Part shown: piece by piece, positions 9,971 to 18,942 of the stretch
Layout of the letters: each line of letters opens with the position of its first letter
How positions within the stretch are numbered: position 1 is the stretch's first letter
Source of the DNA: Candidatus Limnocylindria bacterium
Lineage (GTDB): Bacteria > Chloroflexota > Limnocylindria > P2-11E
NCBI GenBank assembly: GCA_038211425.1
Contig: JBBQVQ010000003.1
Span: 26,563-90,562 of the forward strand
Direction: 5' to 3'
Length of the DNA stretch: 64,000 bases
The notes under the pieces: generated by a model
Databases searched by the model: none
What the model was told of the DNA's origin: nothing
What the model saw: only the letters and a program-made list of their open reading frames with translations
Made by a program: the position numbers and the translations under genes

Positions 9971-10465
9971 ATGAGCCTCACGGACTATCGATTTCGCAGC
10001 GTCTGGCTGGTCGATGCGCCGCCCGCCAGCGCGTACGCGGCCCTGTACGAGCTCGTCGACTACCCGAGGTGGTGGGCCGAGATCAGGTCCGCGCGCAAGA
10101 TCGACGAGGACCATGTGGAAATCTGCACGCGATCCTTCCTGCCGTACGAGCTCAACTTTCTCCTGACGCGACAGCGCGCGGACCCGCTGGCGGGGGTGCT
10201 CGAGGCGTCGATGACCGGTCACCTGGAAGGGACGAGCCGGTGGACGATCGCCGCGCACGGCCGCGGGAGCAGGATCGTATTCGAGGAGAGCGTTCGCACG
10301 AACCGGTGGGCGCTGAACAAGCTCGTGTTCCTGGGAGCGCGGCCGGCGTTCGCCGCCAACCACGCGCTGATGATGCGACACGGCCGAGATGGACTCCGGA
10401 CGTTCCTCGCCGGTTACGGACTGGCCGCGCGTGGGTGCATCGCGGGCGAAGGCCAGGCGATGTAG
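9971..10465 (+). CDS. SRPBCC-family (polyketide cyclase/dehydrase-like) protein
   Basis: Internal ATG of track ORF 9800..10465. Divergent from the ATPase gene. The ~165-aa product has SRPBCC-like pattern (YELVDYPRWWAEI...). Confidence 0.55.
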   Translation: MSLTDYRFRSVWLVDAPPASAYAALYELVDYPRWWAEIRSARKIDEDHVEICTRSFLPYELNFLLTRQRADPLAGVLEASMTGHLEGTSRWTIAAHGRGSRIVFEESVRTNRWALNKLVFLGARPAFAANHALMMRHGRDGLRTFLAGYGLAARGCIAGEGQAM

Positions 10466-10676
10466 AGCGCACCGCGCGATGGCATCGACGCGTCCTCCGT
10501 GAGCGCCCAATTCTCCGGCGAACAGGCGCTCACCCTTTACGATCTCGCGCCGCTGATTGGTGGAGTGAAGCGTGGATAACTCGCTATACGAGAGCTGATG
10601 TGCGGCCCACACTTCGCGTCCGAGGCACCGCGGTGCCCTCGAAGTGCGCGGTCCGCGGGTGCAGCTGGCGAGGTGA

Positions 10677-12353
10677 GTGGGATGCGTGCCTTGTTGCGGT
10701 CCGGTCGGGGCCGGCGTGGCTAGTCCTTCGGCAACCCCGACCGATAGCGAGCTGGAGGAAGAGATCGTGCCTGTCGCGACAGGTGCGACCGAGACGGTCG
10801 TACCCGCGGCGACGGAGCCCGAGCGTGCCCGGCCGGGCGAGACTTCGAGCGACGTACCTACCGGCGCAGTCCAGACGGAGCCGACCGTCCCGCTTCGGAC
10901 CGAGGCGACGACCACATCGGCCACAGAGCGCGAGGTCGCGACCCTGTCGCCCCTCCATGCCGAGGACGCGACCCCGCCGCCAGTCCAGGGGGAGGGTGCG
11001 ACGGTCGGTGCGGACGATCTCTTCGGGCACCTCCTCCAGCACCAGGAGAGGATCTCGTTCGGGGCTGCGTATCGGGGGCTGCTCGGGGCCAGTGGTCGGC
11101 CTTGGCGCGGAGTGATCGACGTGCCGCTGGTCCTCCGCGCGGCCCGCGGAACGGCGACGCGCCGCGTCCACGACGTCGAGATCGGACTCGACGCGCTGAT
11201 CGTCAACAAGAAGACGAAACGGCCCGGAAGCGGCCACTTCAAGGAGCGCCCATACGCCGAGGACACGTGGCTCGCTCATTTCGCGGCGTGGCCGCTGTGC
11301 GGCCACTCGGTGGAGGAGCTACGCGTCGCCGGTGAACGGAGCGCCGGCGGAGCGCTGCCGGAGGCGACGGACGCTGCCACCCGAGTGGAAGGGTCGCCGA
11401 GCGGCGAGGCGGCAGGTGCGGAACCCCGATCAGCCGCCCGAGTCCAAGAGTCGCCCCACTACGAAGCGCCCGCGGCGGAGCCCGCGCCTGTGGTTGTCAC
11501 GGCGGCATCGATCGCACCTGAGGAGCCTGCCGAGCGGCAGGCGGCCAAGCCTGTGATGGCCACGGAAGCATCGATCGCGCCCGAGGAGCCTGCAGACCGG
11601 GAGGCGGCCAGGGCGGATCCGTCGGGGGTCCGCCGCCTCGCAGCGCCGATCGGCGCGATCGTCATCGTCCTGATGGTCGTCGCCGGATCGCTCATCGCCT
11701 GGCGTGTCGTGCGATCCTCGAACGCCGCAGGCGAGCCACCGGTGGCGGGAACGGTCACCAGTACCGCCGGCACGCAGGAGGTCCGCGAGCGCTTCGACTC
11801 CTTCCCCATCGGCGCGAACCCGGGGTGGCAGACCGCGGGGCAGGGCCAGGGCGCAGTGGGAGTGGCACCGTGGCCCACCAGCATCGATCGGAGCGTCCGC
11901 CTGCAGACGGGGCCGGACGGACGCGCACTCTCCGCTTGCCGCACGATCTCGGCCGTGCGCAGCGGCGTCCTCGTCGCTGAGATGCGAGTCTTCCTCGATG
12001 GTTTCAGCAAACCCGATGCGGCCATCGCATCGATCCGGTCCGCCGGCGAACAGGTCGGCGCGCTGCGTGTCGGCCCGCAAGGCCAGATCGGGGGCGGCAT
12101 CGCGGGATCACCGAACGGTCCCGCCGCGATGTCGCTCGCCACCTGGTACGACGTCGCGTTCAACATCGATGTCGCCAACCGGACCTATCACCTGACCGTC
12201 GCCGCATCGGACTCGTCCAGGTCGATCGTCGACCAGGACTATGGTTGGACATCGCAGGGCGGCACGGGGATCGACGGGATCTGCTTTAGCTCGCCCGGCG
12301 GCACGGACGGACGGTCGCTGTACATCAACGAGCTGCGCATCACCCCACATTGA
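10677..12353 (+). CDS. hypothetical bitopic membrane protein with internal 21-aa tandem repeat
   Basis: 558 aa: Thr/Glu/Pro/Ala-rich N-terminal region, a cytoplasmic domain, two near-identical 63-nt repeats (SIAPEEPAERQAAKP / SIAPEEPADREAARA), one TM helix (AAPIGAIVIVLMVVAGSLIAW) and a ~200-aa extracytoplasmic C-terminal domain. Start is uncertain. Confidence 0.55.
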   Translation: MGCVPCCGPVGAGVASPSATPTDSELEEEIVPVATGATETVVPAATEPERARPGETSSDVPTGAVQTEPTVPLRTEATTTSATEREVATLSPLHAEDATPPPVQGEGATVGADDLFGHLLQHQERISFGAAYRGLLGASGRPWRGVIDVPLVLRAARGTATRRVHDVEIGLDALIVNKKTKRPGSGHFKERPYAEDTWLAHFAAWPLCGHSVEELRVAGERSAGGALPEATDAATRVEGSPSGEAAGAEPRSAARVQESPHYEAPAAEPAPVVVTAASIAPEEPAERQAAKPVMATEASIAPEEPADREAARADPSGVRRLAAPIGAIVIVLMVVAGSLIAWRVVRSSNAAGEPPVAGTVTSTAGTQEVRERFDSFPIGANPGWQTAGQGQGAVGVAPWPTSIDRSVRLQTGPDGRALSACRTISAVRSGVLVAEMRVFLDGFSKPDAAIASIRSAGEQVGALRVGPQGQIGGGIAGSPNGPAAMSLATWYDVAFNIDVANRTYHLTVAASDSSRSIVDQDYGWTSQGGTGIDGICFSSPGGTDGRSLYINELRITPH

Positions 12354-12493
12354 CACCGGCGGGTCAGGGAACCTATCGAGGCGAGGCCGGATCTATGAGT
12401 CACGGGATGAGTGGCATGAACGGAGGGACGATGCAGTAGGAGCGGCGGAACGTGTTGGCGGTGCGCGCCGCGAAAATGAAAGGAACTGGTGGG

Positions 12494-12766
12494 ATGGCAC
12501 GAGTCACGCTCTCGTGGGGACAGCGCTACATCGAGCTCGGAGGGGACGGCGAGCGGCTCGCGGGGTGGCTGGATGGCTTCCTCGACGGCCTCATGGCGGC
12601 CAACTCGAGCGGGGACAGACGGAACACGCCTCCCCTCGACGCGTCGAACCTCTTTTCCCGCGTGTCCAAGATCATCGCCGACGAGAATCAGAACGGCCGG
12701 ACCGTGACCGCGTACGGCGTGCTCGAAGACGTGAAGTCGGACGACTTCGAACTGTCGCGCGTATAG
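12494..12766 (+). CDS. hypothetical small protein (~90 aa)
   Basis: Track ORF 12452..12766; the internal ATG is preceded by GAAAGGAACTGGTGGG. Followed by a perfect 9-bp hairpin (CGCCGCCGC-AAG-GCGGCGGCG) at ~12818-12838, a likely terminator. Confidence 0.45.
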   Translation: MARVTLSWGQRYIELGGDGERLAGWLDGFLDGLMAANSSGDRRNTPPLDASNLFSRVSKIIADENQNGRTVTAYGVLEDVKSDDFELSRV

Positions 12767-13111
12767 GCCCGGGTCTCGCGCGCGTTCCCGCGATCGACCC
12801 CGTGCCGCGGTCGCGCGTCGCCGCCGCAAGGCGGCGGCGTGCGGCGCCGCGGGTGAGCGAAGCCTGTGCCGACGAGGAACCCTCCGGGTTTGACGGTGCG
12901 TAACCCTCCCTTGGCTCCTCGCCCCTGTACAAGCCCTTGCGCAGTGGGTAGAAGGGCTCCGATGGCGGAGTGGGCGGCACGACGACCAGCCTAGGTCGAT
13001 AGCGGCCGCGGTACCGCGGGCCACTCCCCTACACTCATTCGCGTCGCTCCCGTTGGACGCAACGATCGGCCGTCCGGTCAGGGTTCGCAGAAGAGGCAAT
13101 GAATACGCCTT

Positions 13112-13185
13112 CGGGGTGTAGCGCAGCTTGGTAGCGCGCAGCGTTCGGGACGCTGAGGTCCCGGGTTCGAGTCCCGGCACCCCGA
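13112..13185 (+). tRNA. tRNA-Pro (anticodon CGG)
   Basis: 74-nt cloverleaf folded by hand: acceptor CGGGGTG/CACCCCG, D arm GCGC/GCGC, anticodon stem CAGCG/CGCTG, loop TTCGGGA (G37), T arm CCGGG-TTCGAGT-CCCGG, discriminator A. Confidence 0.9.
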
Positions 13186-13233
13186 CACGCGACCGGAGTC
13201 CGGCAGGCAGACGCACCTGTATCGTCTTGCTCG

Positions 13234-14175
13234 ATGGCTGAGGCGGCGCGAACGCGGACCATGGGCTTCCGCCAGACCGGCGGCGGTATCGGGCACATCC
13301 TCGACAGCGAGAGGATCTTCGGCTGGGTGCTCGTGGCCCCTGCCGTTCTGTACATCCTGCTGTTGGTCGGCTACCCCTTCGCCATCGCTCTCTGGTTCAC
13401 CGTGAGCAACGCGACGGTGTCGCAGCCGATCGGGCCTTTCACCGGGCTCGACAACCTGAAGGCCGTGCTCGACGACGATATCTTCAAGCGGGCGCTGGCC
13501 AACACCTTCATCTTCACGCTCACGTCGCAGGCGCTCCAAATGGTCCTCGGGACGACGCTCGCTTTCCTCCTCCTCCGGAAGTTCCGTGGCCGCCGACTCA
13601 TCCGCGGGCTTCTGATGATCCCGTTCACGATCCCGATAGCGATCGGCGCGATGGCGTGGACGTGGATGTTCAATCCCACGTACAGCGTCATCAACTGGAT
13701 GGGCGTTCACTTGGGGATCTTCGCGAACGGTGGCCCGAACTGGCTGGGCGAAGAGGTCTACGCGATGATCTCCATCATCGTCGTCAACGTGTGGCGGAAC
13801 CTGCCTTTCAGCGCCATCGTGCTGACGGCCGGCATCAACTCGGTACCGCAGGAGATCATCGAAGCGGCGAGCCTGGACGGGGCCAGCTTCCTGACGCGCT
13901 GGCGCAAGATCATGGTCCCGATCATCGCGCCGATCCTCTTCATCGCCCTGCTGTTCTCGCTCGTGTTCACGTTCACCGACATGACGGTCGTGTGGCTCAT
14001 GACGCGGGGCAACCCCGTGAACTCGACCCACGTGATCGCCTCATACGCATTCGTCGCCGGCGTCATCTCCGGCGGGCTCGGCCGGGGCGCGACGATCTCA
14101 CTCTTCCTGTTCCCAGCGCTGCTGGCCGGAGCGCTCGTGATGCTCCGTTCCCTCAAAGCGAGGACGCTGGACTGA
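13234..14175 (+). CDS. carbohydrate ABC transporter permease (MalF/UgpA-type)
   Basis: 313 aa, about six TM helices, EAA-loop region (EAASLDGAS). Confidence 0.85.
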   Translation: MAEAARTRTMGFRQTGGGIGHILDSERIFGWVLVAPAVLYILLLVGYPFAIALWFTVSNATVSQPIGPFTGLDNLKAVLDDDIFKRALANTFIFTLTSQALQMVLGTTLAFLLLRKFRGRRLIRGLLMIPFTIPIAIGAMAWTWMFNPTYSVINWMGVHLGIFANGGPNWLGEEVYAMISIIVVNVWRNLPFSAIVLTAGINSVPQEIIEAASLDGASFLTRWRKIMVPIIAPILFIALLFSLVFTFTDMTVVWLMTRGNPVNSTHVIASYAFVAGVISGGLGRGATISLFLFPALLAGALVMLRSLKARTLD

Positions 14176-15056
14176 TGGCGGTCATCGCTCAGCGTCGCAC
14201 CGTCCACTCGGCCGCCTTCCGCCGACGCAGGGCCCGCAACAATGTCCTCTTTTGGACCGCGCTCTCCCTCTTCCTGCTCTTCGCTGTCTTCCCGGTCTAC
14301 TGGATGTTCGTCACGACGTTCAAGCAGGTGAACGACCTCTACAACCTGGCGAACAACCCTCTGTTCTTCAACATGGCGCCGACCCTCGACCAGGTTAGGT
14401 ACCTCTTCGAGAAAACGAACTTCGTCACCTGGGTCCAGAACACGCTCGAGGTCGGACTCGTCGTCGTTGCCATCACCGTGCTCGTCTGCGTACCAGCGGC
14501 ATACGTGCTGGCACGCACGACCTTCCCCGGCTCCGGGGCGCTCGGCATCGGCATCTTCCTCACCTACCTGGTGCCGCCGACGCTGCTGTTCCTGCCGCTG
14601 TCACAGCTCGTCGCAGGGTTCGGCCTCGTCGACACGAAGTGGTCGCTCGCGCTTGTCTACCCGACATTCACGATCCCGTTCTGCACTTGGCTGCTCATGG
14701 GCTTCTTCAAAGGTGTCCCGAGGGAGATCACCGAGGCGGCCCGGGTGGACGGCTGTAGCCGGCTTGGGGCGATGTTCCGCGTCGTCCTGCCGATCAGCGT
14801 GCCCGGCATCCTGACGATCGTGATCTTCGCGTTTACGCTGGTGATGCAGGAATACGTCTATGCCCTGACGTTCGTGTCCTCGTCCGAGCAGAAGATGGTC
14901 ACGCTCGGCGTCGTGACGGATCTCATCCGCGGCGACGTGTTCTTCTGGGGCTCGCTCATGGCCGGCGCGCTCATCGTCTCGCTCCCGGTAGCCGTCGCCT
15001 ATAACTTCTTTATGGACACGTTCATTCGGGGGATCACCGGCGGCGCGCTGAAGTAA
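14175..15056 (+). CDS. carbohydrate ABC transporter permease (MalG/UgpE-type)
   Basis: The ATG overlaps the upstream TGA. 293 aa polytopic permease with EAA motif (ITEAARVDGCS). Confidence 0.85.
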   Translation: MAVIAQRRTVHSAAFRRRRARNNVLFWTALSLFLLFAVFPVYWMFVTTFKQVNDLYNLANNPLFFNMAPTLDQVRYLFEKTNFVTWVQNTLEVGLVVVAITVLVCVPAAYVLARTTFPGSGALGIGIFLTYLVPPTLLFLPLSQLVAGFGLVDTKWSLALVYPTFTIPFCTWLLMGFFKGVPREITEAARVDGCSRLGAMFRVVLPISVPGILTIVIFAFTLVMQEYVYALTFVSSSEQKMVTLGVVTDLIRGDVFFWGSLMAGALIVSLPVAVAYNFFMDTFIRGITGGALK

Positions 15057-15109
15057 GAGAAGCGGCCGGGGCCTGCTCGAGCCCCGACCGCCTCCGCTGT
15101 CTCCGCGCC

Positions 15110-16466
15110 TTACGAGACCGGGAACTTCGTCAGTGAGTCCTTGAGGCGCTTGGCCGCCTCGGCGATCGCGTCGTCCGCCGACTTCTTCCCGGTGCAGACG
15201 TTGGCGAACAGGTCGGTCACGATGTGGTTGTTGAGCGAGTCGTATGCGGCCTGGCTGGAGGGTCCCGGGTAGCCGACCGGCTGGATGAATTGCGGGACAT
15301 CCTGGAGCTGGGTCAGCTTGGGATCGGTGCCGAGCACCGGCATCGGCTTTTTCTGGCGCGACTTCAGGAATGGGTTGTTGTACCCCTTGCTCGCGGTGAA
15401 CTGCGCCTCCCAGTCGTCGCCGTAGTCGGTGAGGAACTGCCGCGCCGCGTCGATGTTCTTCGCGAAGTTCCAGATCCCGTAGACGGTGAACTGGATCGAC
15501 GCGATCTGCGCCTTCGTGCCCTTGAGCGGAAGGTCAACCGCGAGCTTCTTCTCGAGGTCGGGGTTCTGCGTCTGGATCGTCCGGTAGGCGCTGATGGGGT
15601 TGTAGATCCAGGATCCCTTCCCCGACTGCAGATAGGTGTTGTTGTCGACGTCAGCCCACGAGAGGACCGCGTTATCCATGCTCCCGTACAACGTCTTCGC
15701 GAGGCCCAGGACCTGGCGCGTCTCGGGGCTGTCGATGGCCACGTCCTTGCCGTCCTTGCTGAATTCAGCCGCGCCGTGCGACCACATCAGCGAACGCCAG
15801 GTGTGCTCGGCGTCCGAGGTCTGCGACATGGCAGTGCCAACAGGGCTCCCCGCGGCCTTGACCTTCGGCGCCATGCTGATGAGGTCGTCCCACGTCTCGA
15901 GGTGATCCTTCGTGTAGCCCGCGGCCTTGAAGACGTCCGTCCGCCATGTCGAAAGGAACGGCACCGCGAAGTCCGGATAGCCGTACCACTTGCCCTTCAC
16001 CTTGCCGATCGCCTCGCCCGCCGGGATCCAGCCCCCGTACTTGTTGGCCGCGCGGTCGCAAATGTCGGTGATATCGACCAGGCTCGGCTGGAACAGGGCC
16101 GGCAGCCCGTTCGCGAAGTGGGCGATGAGATCGTGGCCCGATTTGGCGGAGGCTTCGGCGGCGAAGCGGGCCGGAAGGTCCGCCTGCGGGATGCGGTCGA
16201 TCTTCACCGTCACGCCGTTCTTGTCACCCCAGTCCTTGGCCCACTTGTCGAGGAAGGTGTCGAACTCGGGGATGAAGTGGCTCCATTGAAGGATATTCAG
16301 GTTGCCGCCGAGCTTTGGGGCGCCGCTGCCGGACGCCGCCGTGGAGCCGCCGCCAGCTGGCGTCTGCTGGCCTATGCACGCCGCCAGCAACGGCGCCGTC
16401 GCCGCGGCCGCGGCTCCCTTCAGCAGGGTCCGGCGACTCAGTCCGCGCTTGCCGAGATCCTCCACC
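15110..16466 (-). CDS. sugar ABC transporter substrate-binding lipoprotein (TAT signal)
   Basis: Track ORF 15110..16846. A GTG at ~16466 is preceded by GGAGG, then a twin-arginine signal and lipobox (SRRTLLKGAAAAATAPLLAAC) and a ~430-aa SBP family 1 domain. Confidence 0.8.
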
Positions 16467-16646
16467 GAGTACCTCCAAGACGAATGGCTGCGGTGGATTA
16501 TGCGCCGCTCCGGAACGCGCAAGGTCTTTTCCGCCAGGCGATAGGGCGGGACTGGCCCGGACTCGGAGCGCGGAAGCGCGATGGCAGCGGCGAGGGGCGA
16601 TTGCCGACCGCCGACCGGCCCTACAACAGCGGCAGGCGGCTGGTTC

Positions 16647-17513
16647 TCAGCGCACCGACGAGGCGATCCGCATGGCGGTCTCGCGATCGACCTGCGCCTC
16701 GAGGCGAAGCAGCAGGCCGTCCCGCTCCCAGAGCAGCGTGTTGCCCGCGAGCCGAAGCGATTCCGGGTAGATGTTCCCCGCGCCGTCCCGGTAGAAGAAC
16801 TGGTGCGGAGCGCCTGCGATCCAGAAGCCGCGCTGGCCGTCCACAACGACCTGCTCCACAGTCGCGTCGGGCCCGAGGACTTTCACGAAGAGACCAGGAT
16901 CGACGCTGCCGCGAAACTCGCTGAAAAGGGCGGCCACCCCCGCCTGCACCGACGTGGGGAACCCGGGACGCGTGCGATACACCAGGTTCACCTGGTTGCC
17001 GCCGGGGATCGCGCGGACGTGGACCTCGTCGGGGGCACCGAGCGCGGGATCCAAAGGCGCCACCACCGCGAAGCTCGCGCGCTGGCGAGCCTCGGCCATG
17101 CTCATGGCCTCGCCGAGCGCGGCCGCCGCGGGCGATGCCGTAGCGCCGGTCGGGTTCGAGCTGATGGCGGGCGTGCTGGACGCGCCGGTCGCACGCGCGG
17201 TCGCCGCGGGCGTCGCCGGGGCCTGGAAGATCTGAACCCCCCGCAGGCCGAGGGCCTCGGCGGCCGCGCTGAGCGCCGCGGGCGACAGCGCGAACGCCGT
17301 GGCGAGCAGGAGCGCGAGCGTCACGGCGAGGGGCGCGAGTCCGTAGCGCGGCGACCGCAGGAGTGAAAGCCGGCCCCGGCGGACCGGGCCAGCCGCGATC
17401 CGCTCGCGCACCGCGGGCCACACATCGGTGAAGCGCGGCTCCTCGGCGCTGGCGCCCGCTCGCAGGGCCGCGCCGAGCTCGTCGTCCGAGAGCCGGCGCA
17501 GGTCAGACGCCAT
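16647..17513 (-). CDS. anti-sigma factor (single TM, extracytoplasmic C-terminal domain)
   Basis: Overlaps the sigma-factor gene end by a few nt. N-terminal cytoplasmic segment, one TM (LAPLAVTLALLLATAFAL) and a C-terminal domain. Confidence 0.6.
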   Translation of the reverse strand: MASDLRRLSDDELGAALRAGASAEEPRFTDVWPAVRERIAAGPVRRGRLSLLRSPRYGLAPLAVTLALLLATAFALSPAALSAAAEALGLRGVQIFQAPATPAATARATGASSTPAISSNPTGATASPAAAALGEAMSMAEARQRASFAVVAPLDPALGAPDEVHVRAIPGGNQVNLVYRTRPGFPTSVQAGVAALFSEFRGSVDPGLFVKVLGPDATVEQVVVDGQRGFWIAGAPHQFFYRDGAGNIYPESLRLAGNTLLWERDGLLLRLEAQVDRETAMRIASSVR

Positions 17514-18057
17514 CGAGACCCGCGCGCAAACGACCGAGGGCGCGCGACAGCCGCGACTTCACGGTGCCCCGGGCGACACCGAGTGCCTCCGCCATCTCCG
17601 CCTCGGAGAGATCGAAGTAGTAGCGGTACGCGATCACCAGGCGATCCTCCTCGCGCAGTCGACCCAATGCGGCGCTCAGCACGGCCTTGCTCTCCCCCGC
17701 CAGGGCCGCGGCCTCGGGAGACAGGGCCGTGTCCCCCAAGGCGCGGTCCCGGACGGTCTCGAGACCCACCGTCGGCCGTCGCGCCGACCGGACCCGGCGA
17801 TTGCGCGCCTCGTTCGCGACGATCCGCAGGATCCACGGACGGAACGGCGCTCCGGCGCGAAAGCGGTCGAGCGCGAAGTACGCCTTGGTGAACGCCTCCT
17901 GCGTCGCGTCCTCTGCCTCGGTCGCGCTGCGCGTCACCACGTAGGCGGTGCGCAGCGCGATCTGCTGGTAGCGCCGTACCAGGTCTCCGTACGCATCGGC
18001 GTCACCATTCTTCGCGCGATCCACGAGCTCGTTCTCCTCCGTTGGTCGGCCCTCCAC
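17503..18057 (-). CDS. RNA polymerase ECF (sigma-70 family) sigma factor
   Basis: Region 2 and region 4 signatures (ENELVDRAKNGDADAYGDLVRRY...; GVARGTVKSRLSRAL). The track ORF extends to 18210; GTG ~18057 is preferred because the first ~50 aa are non-sigma. Confidence 0.75.
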   Translation of the reverse strand: MEGRPTEENELVDRAKNGDADAYGDLVRRYQQIALRTAYVVTRSATEAEDATQEAFTKAYFALDRFRAGAPFRPWILRIVANEARNRRVRSARRPTVGLETVRDRALGDTALSPEAAALAGESKAVLSAALGRLREEDRLVIAYRYYFDLSEAEMAEALGVARGTVKSRLSRALGRLRAGLDGV

Positions 18058-18237
18058 GGAGTCGGGTCTCTTGCTTGCCCATACAAGGGCAGGCGACGTC
18101 CGGTTCCCGGGGACGGACCAGAGAAAGTTCCGTAGACAGGGAGAGCGCGGAGGGGCGGGACGCGCGATGCCTCGGATGAGCGCGCGTTCGGGCTCGACAA
18201 GCGGCATCACGCGTTCGATGCGGGCAGACTACGCGAT

Positions 18238-18942
18238 GTGATCTCGGTCGCCTTCGAGAACGTCATCAAGCACTTCGACCGGGGCACCGAACGCGTTCTG
18301 GCCCTTGACCGCGTGACGCTCGAGGTGCCGGCCGGGCAGTTCTGCGCGGTCATGGGACCGTCCGGATCGGGCAAATCGACGCTGCTGCACCTCGCCGCGG
18401 GCATCGACAGTCCGTCGGGAGGCCGGGTGCTGGTCGACGGGACGGACCTCGCCGAGCTCTCCGACGACCAACGCACGCTCCTGCGGCGGCGGCGGATCGG
18501 CCTGGTCTTTCAGTTCTTCAACCTCCTGGTGACACTCTCCGCCCTCGAGAACGTCGCGCTGCCCCTGCAGCTCGACGGCGTCGGCCGCCGCGAGGCGGAG
18601 CGGAGGGCGGGCACTCTGCTCGTCGACCTGGGGTTGCGCGAAAGGCTGCAGCATCGCCCGCATCAGCTCTCCGGCGGCCAGATGCAGCGGGTCGCGATCG
18701 CGCGCGCCCTCGTCAGCGAGCCGTCGCTGCTCCTCGCCGACGAGCCGACCGGCAACCTCGACTCCCAGGCGGGCGAGGAGGTGCTCCACCTCCTCCGCGC
18801 GACGGCGGACCGCCGCCGCCACACGGTTCTCCTCGTGACGCACGATGCGCACGCCGCCTCGATCGGCGATCGCCTCGTGCGGCTCCACGACGGCCGCATG
18901 GTCTCGGATTCGTACGGTGCTGGCGCTTCTGCGGCTGGTTAG
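18238..18942 (+). CDS. ABC transporter ATP-binding protein (MacB/LolD-type)
   Basis: Walker A (GPSGSGKST), ABC signature ([15 protein letters not shown]) and Walker B (LLLADEPT). Confidence 0.9.
   Translation: MISVAFENVIKHFDRGTERVLALDRVTLEVPAGQFCAVMGPSGSGKSTLLHLAAGIDSPSGGRVLVDGTDLAELSDDQRTLLRRRRIGLVFQFFNLLVTLSALENVALPLQLDGVGRREAERRAGTLLVDLGLRERLQHRPHQLSGGQMQRVAIARALVSEPSLLLADEPTGNLDSQAGEEVLHLLRATADRRRHTVLLVTHDAHAASIGDRLVRLHDGRMVSDSYGAGASAAG

Noticed and set aside
15110-16846. The 578-aa version of the sugar-binding protein, and 23314..24414 as a 366-aa protein.
   Set aside because: The N-terminal extensions are Arg/Ser-rich and precede clear starts with Shine-Dalgarno sites and signal peptides. 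The real genes are 15110..16466 and 23755..24414.
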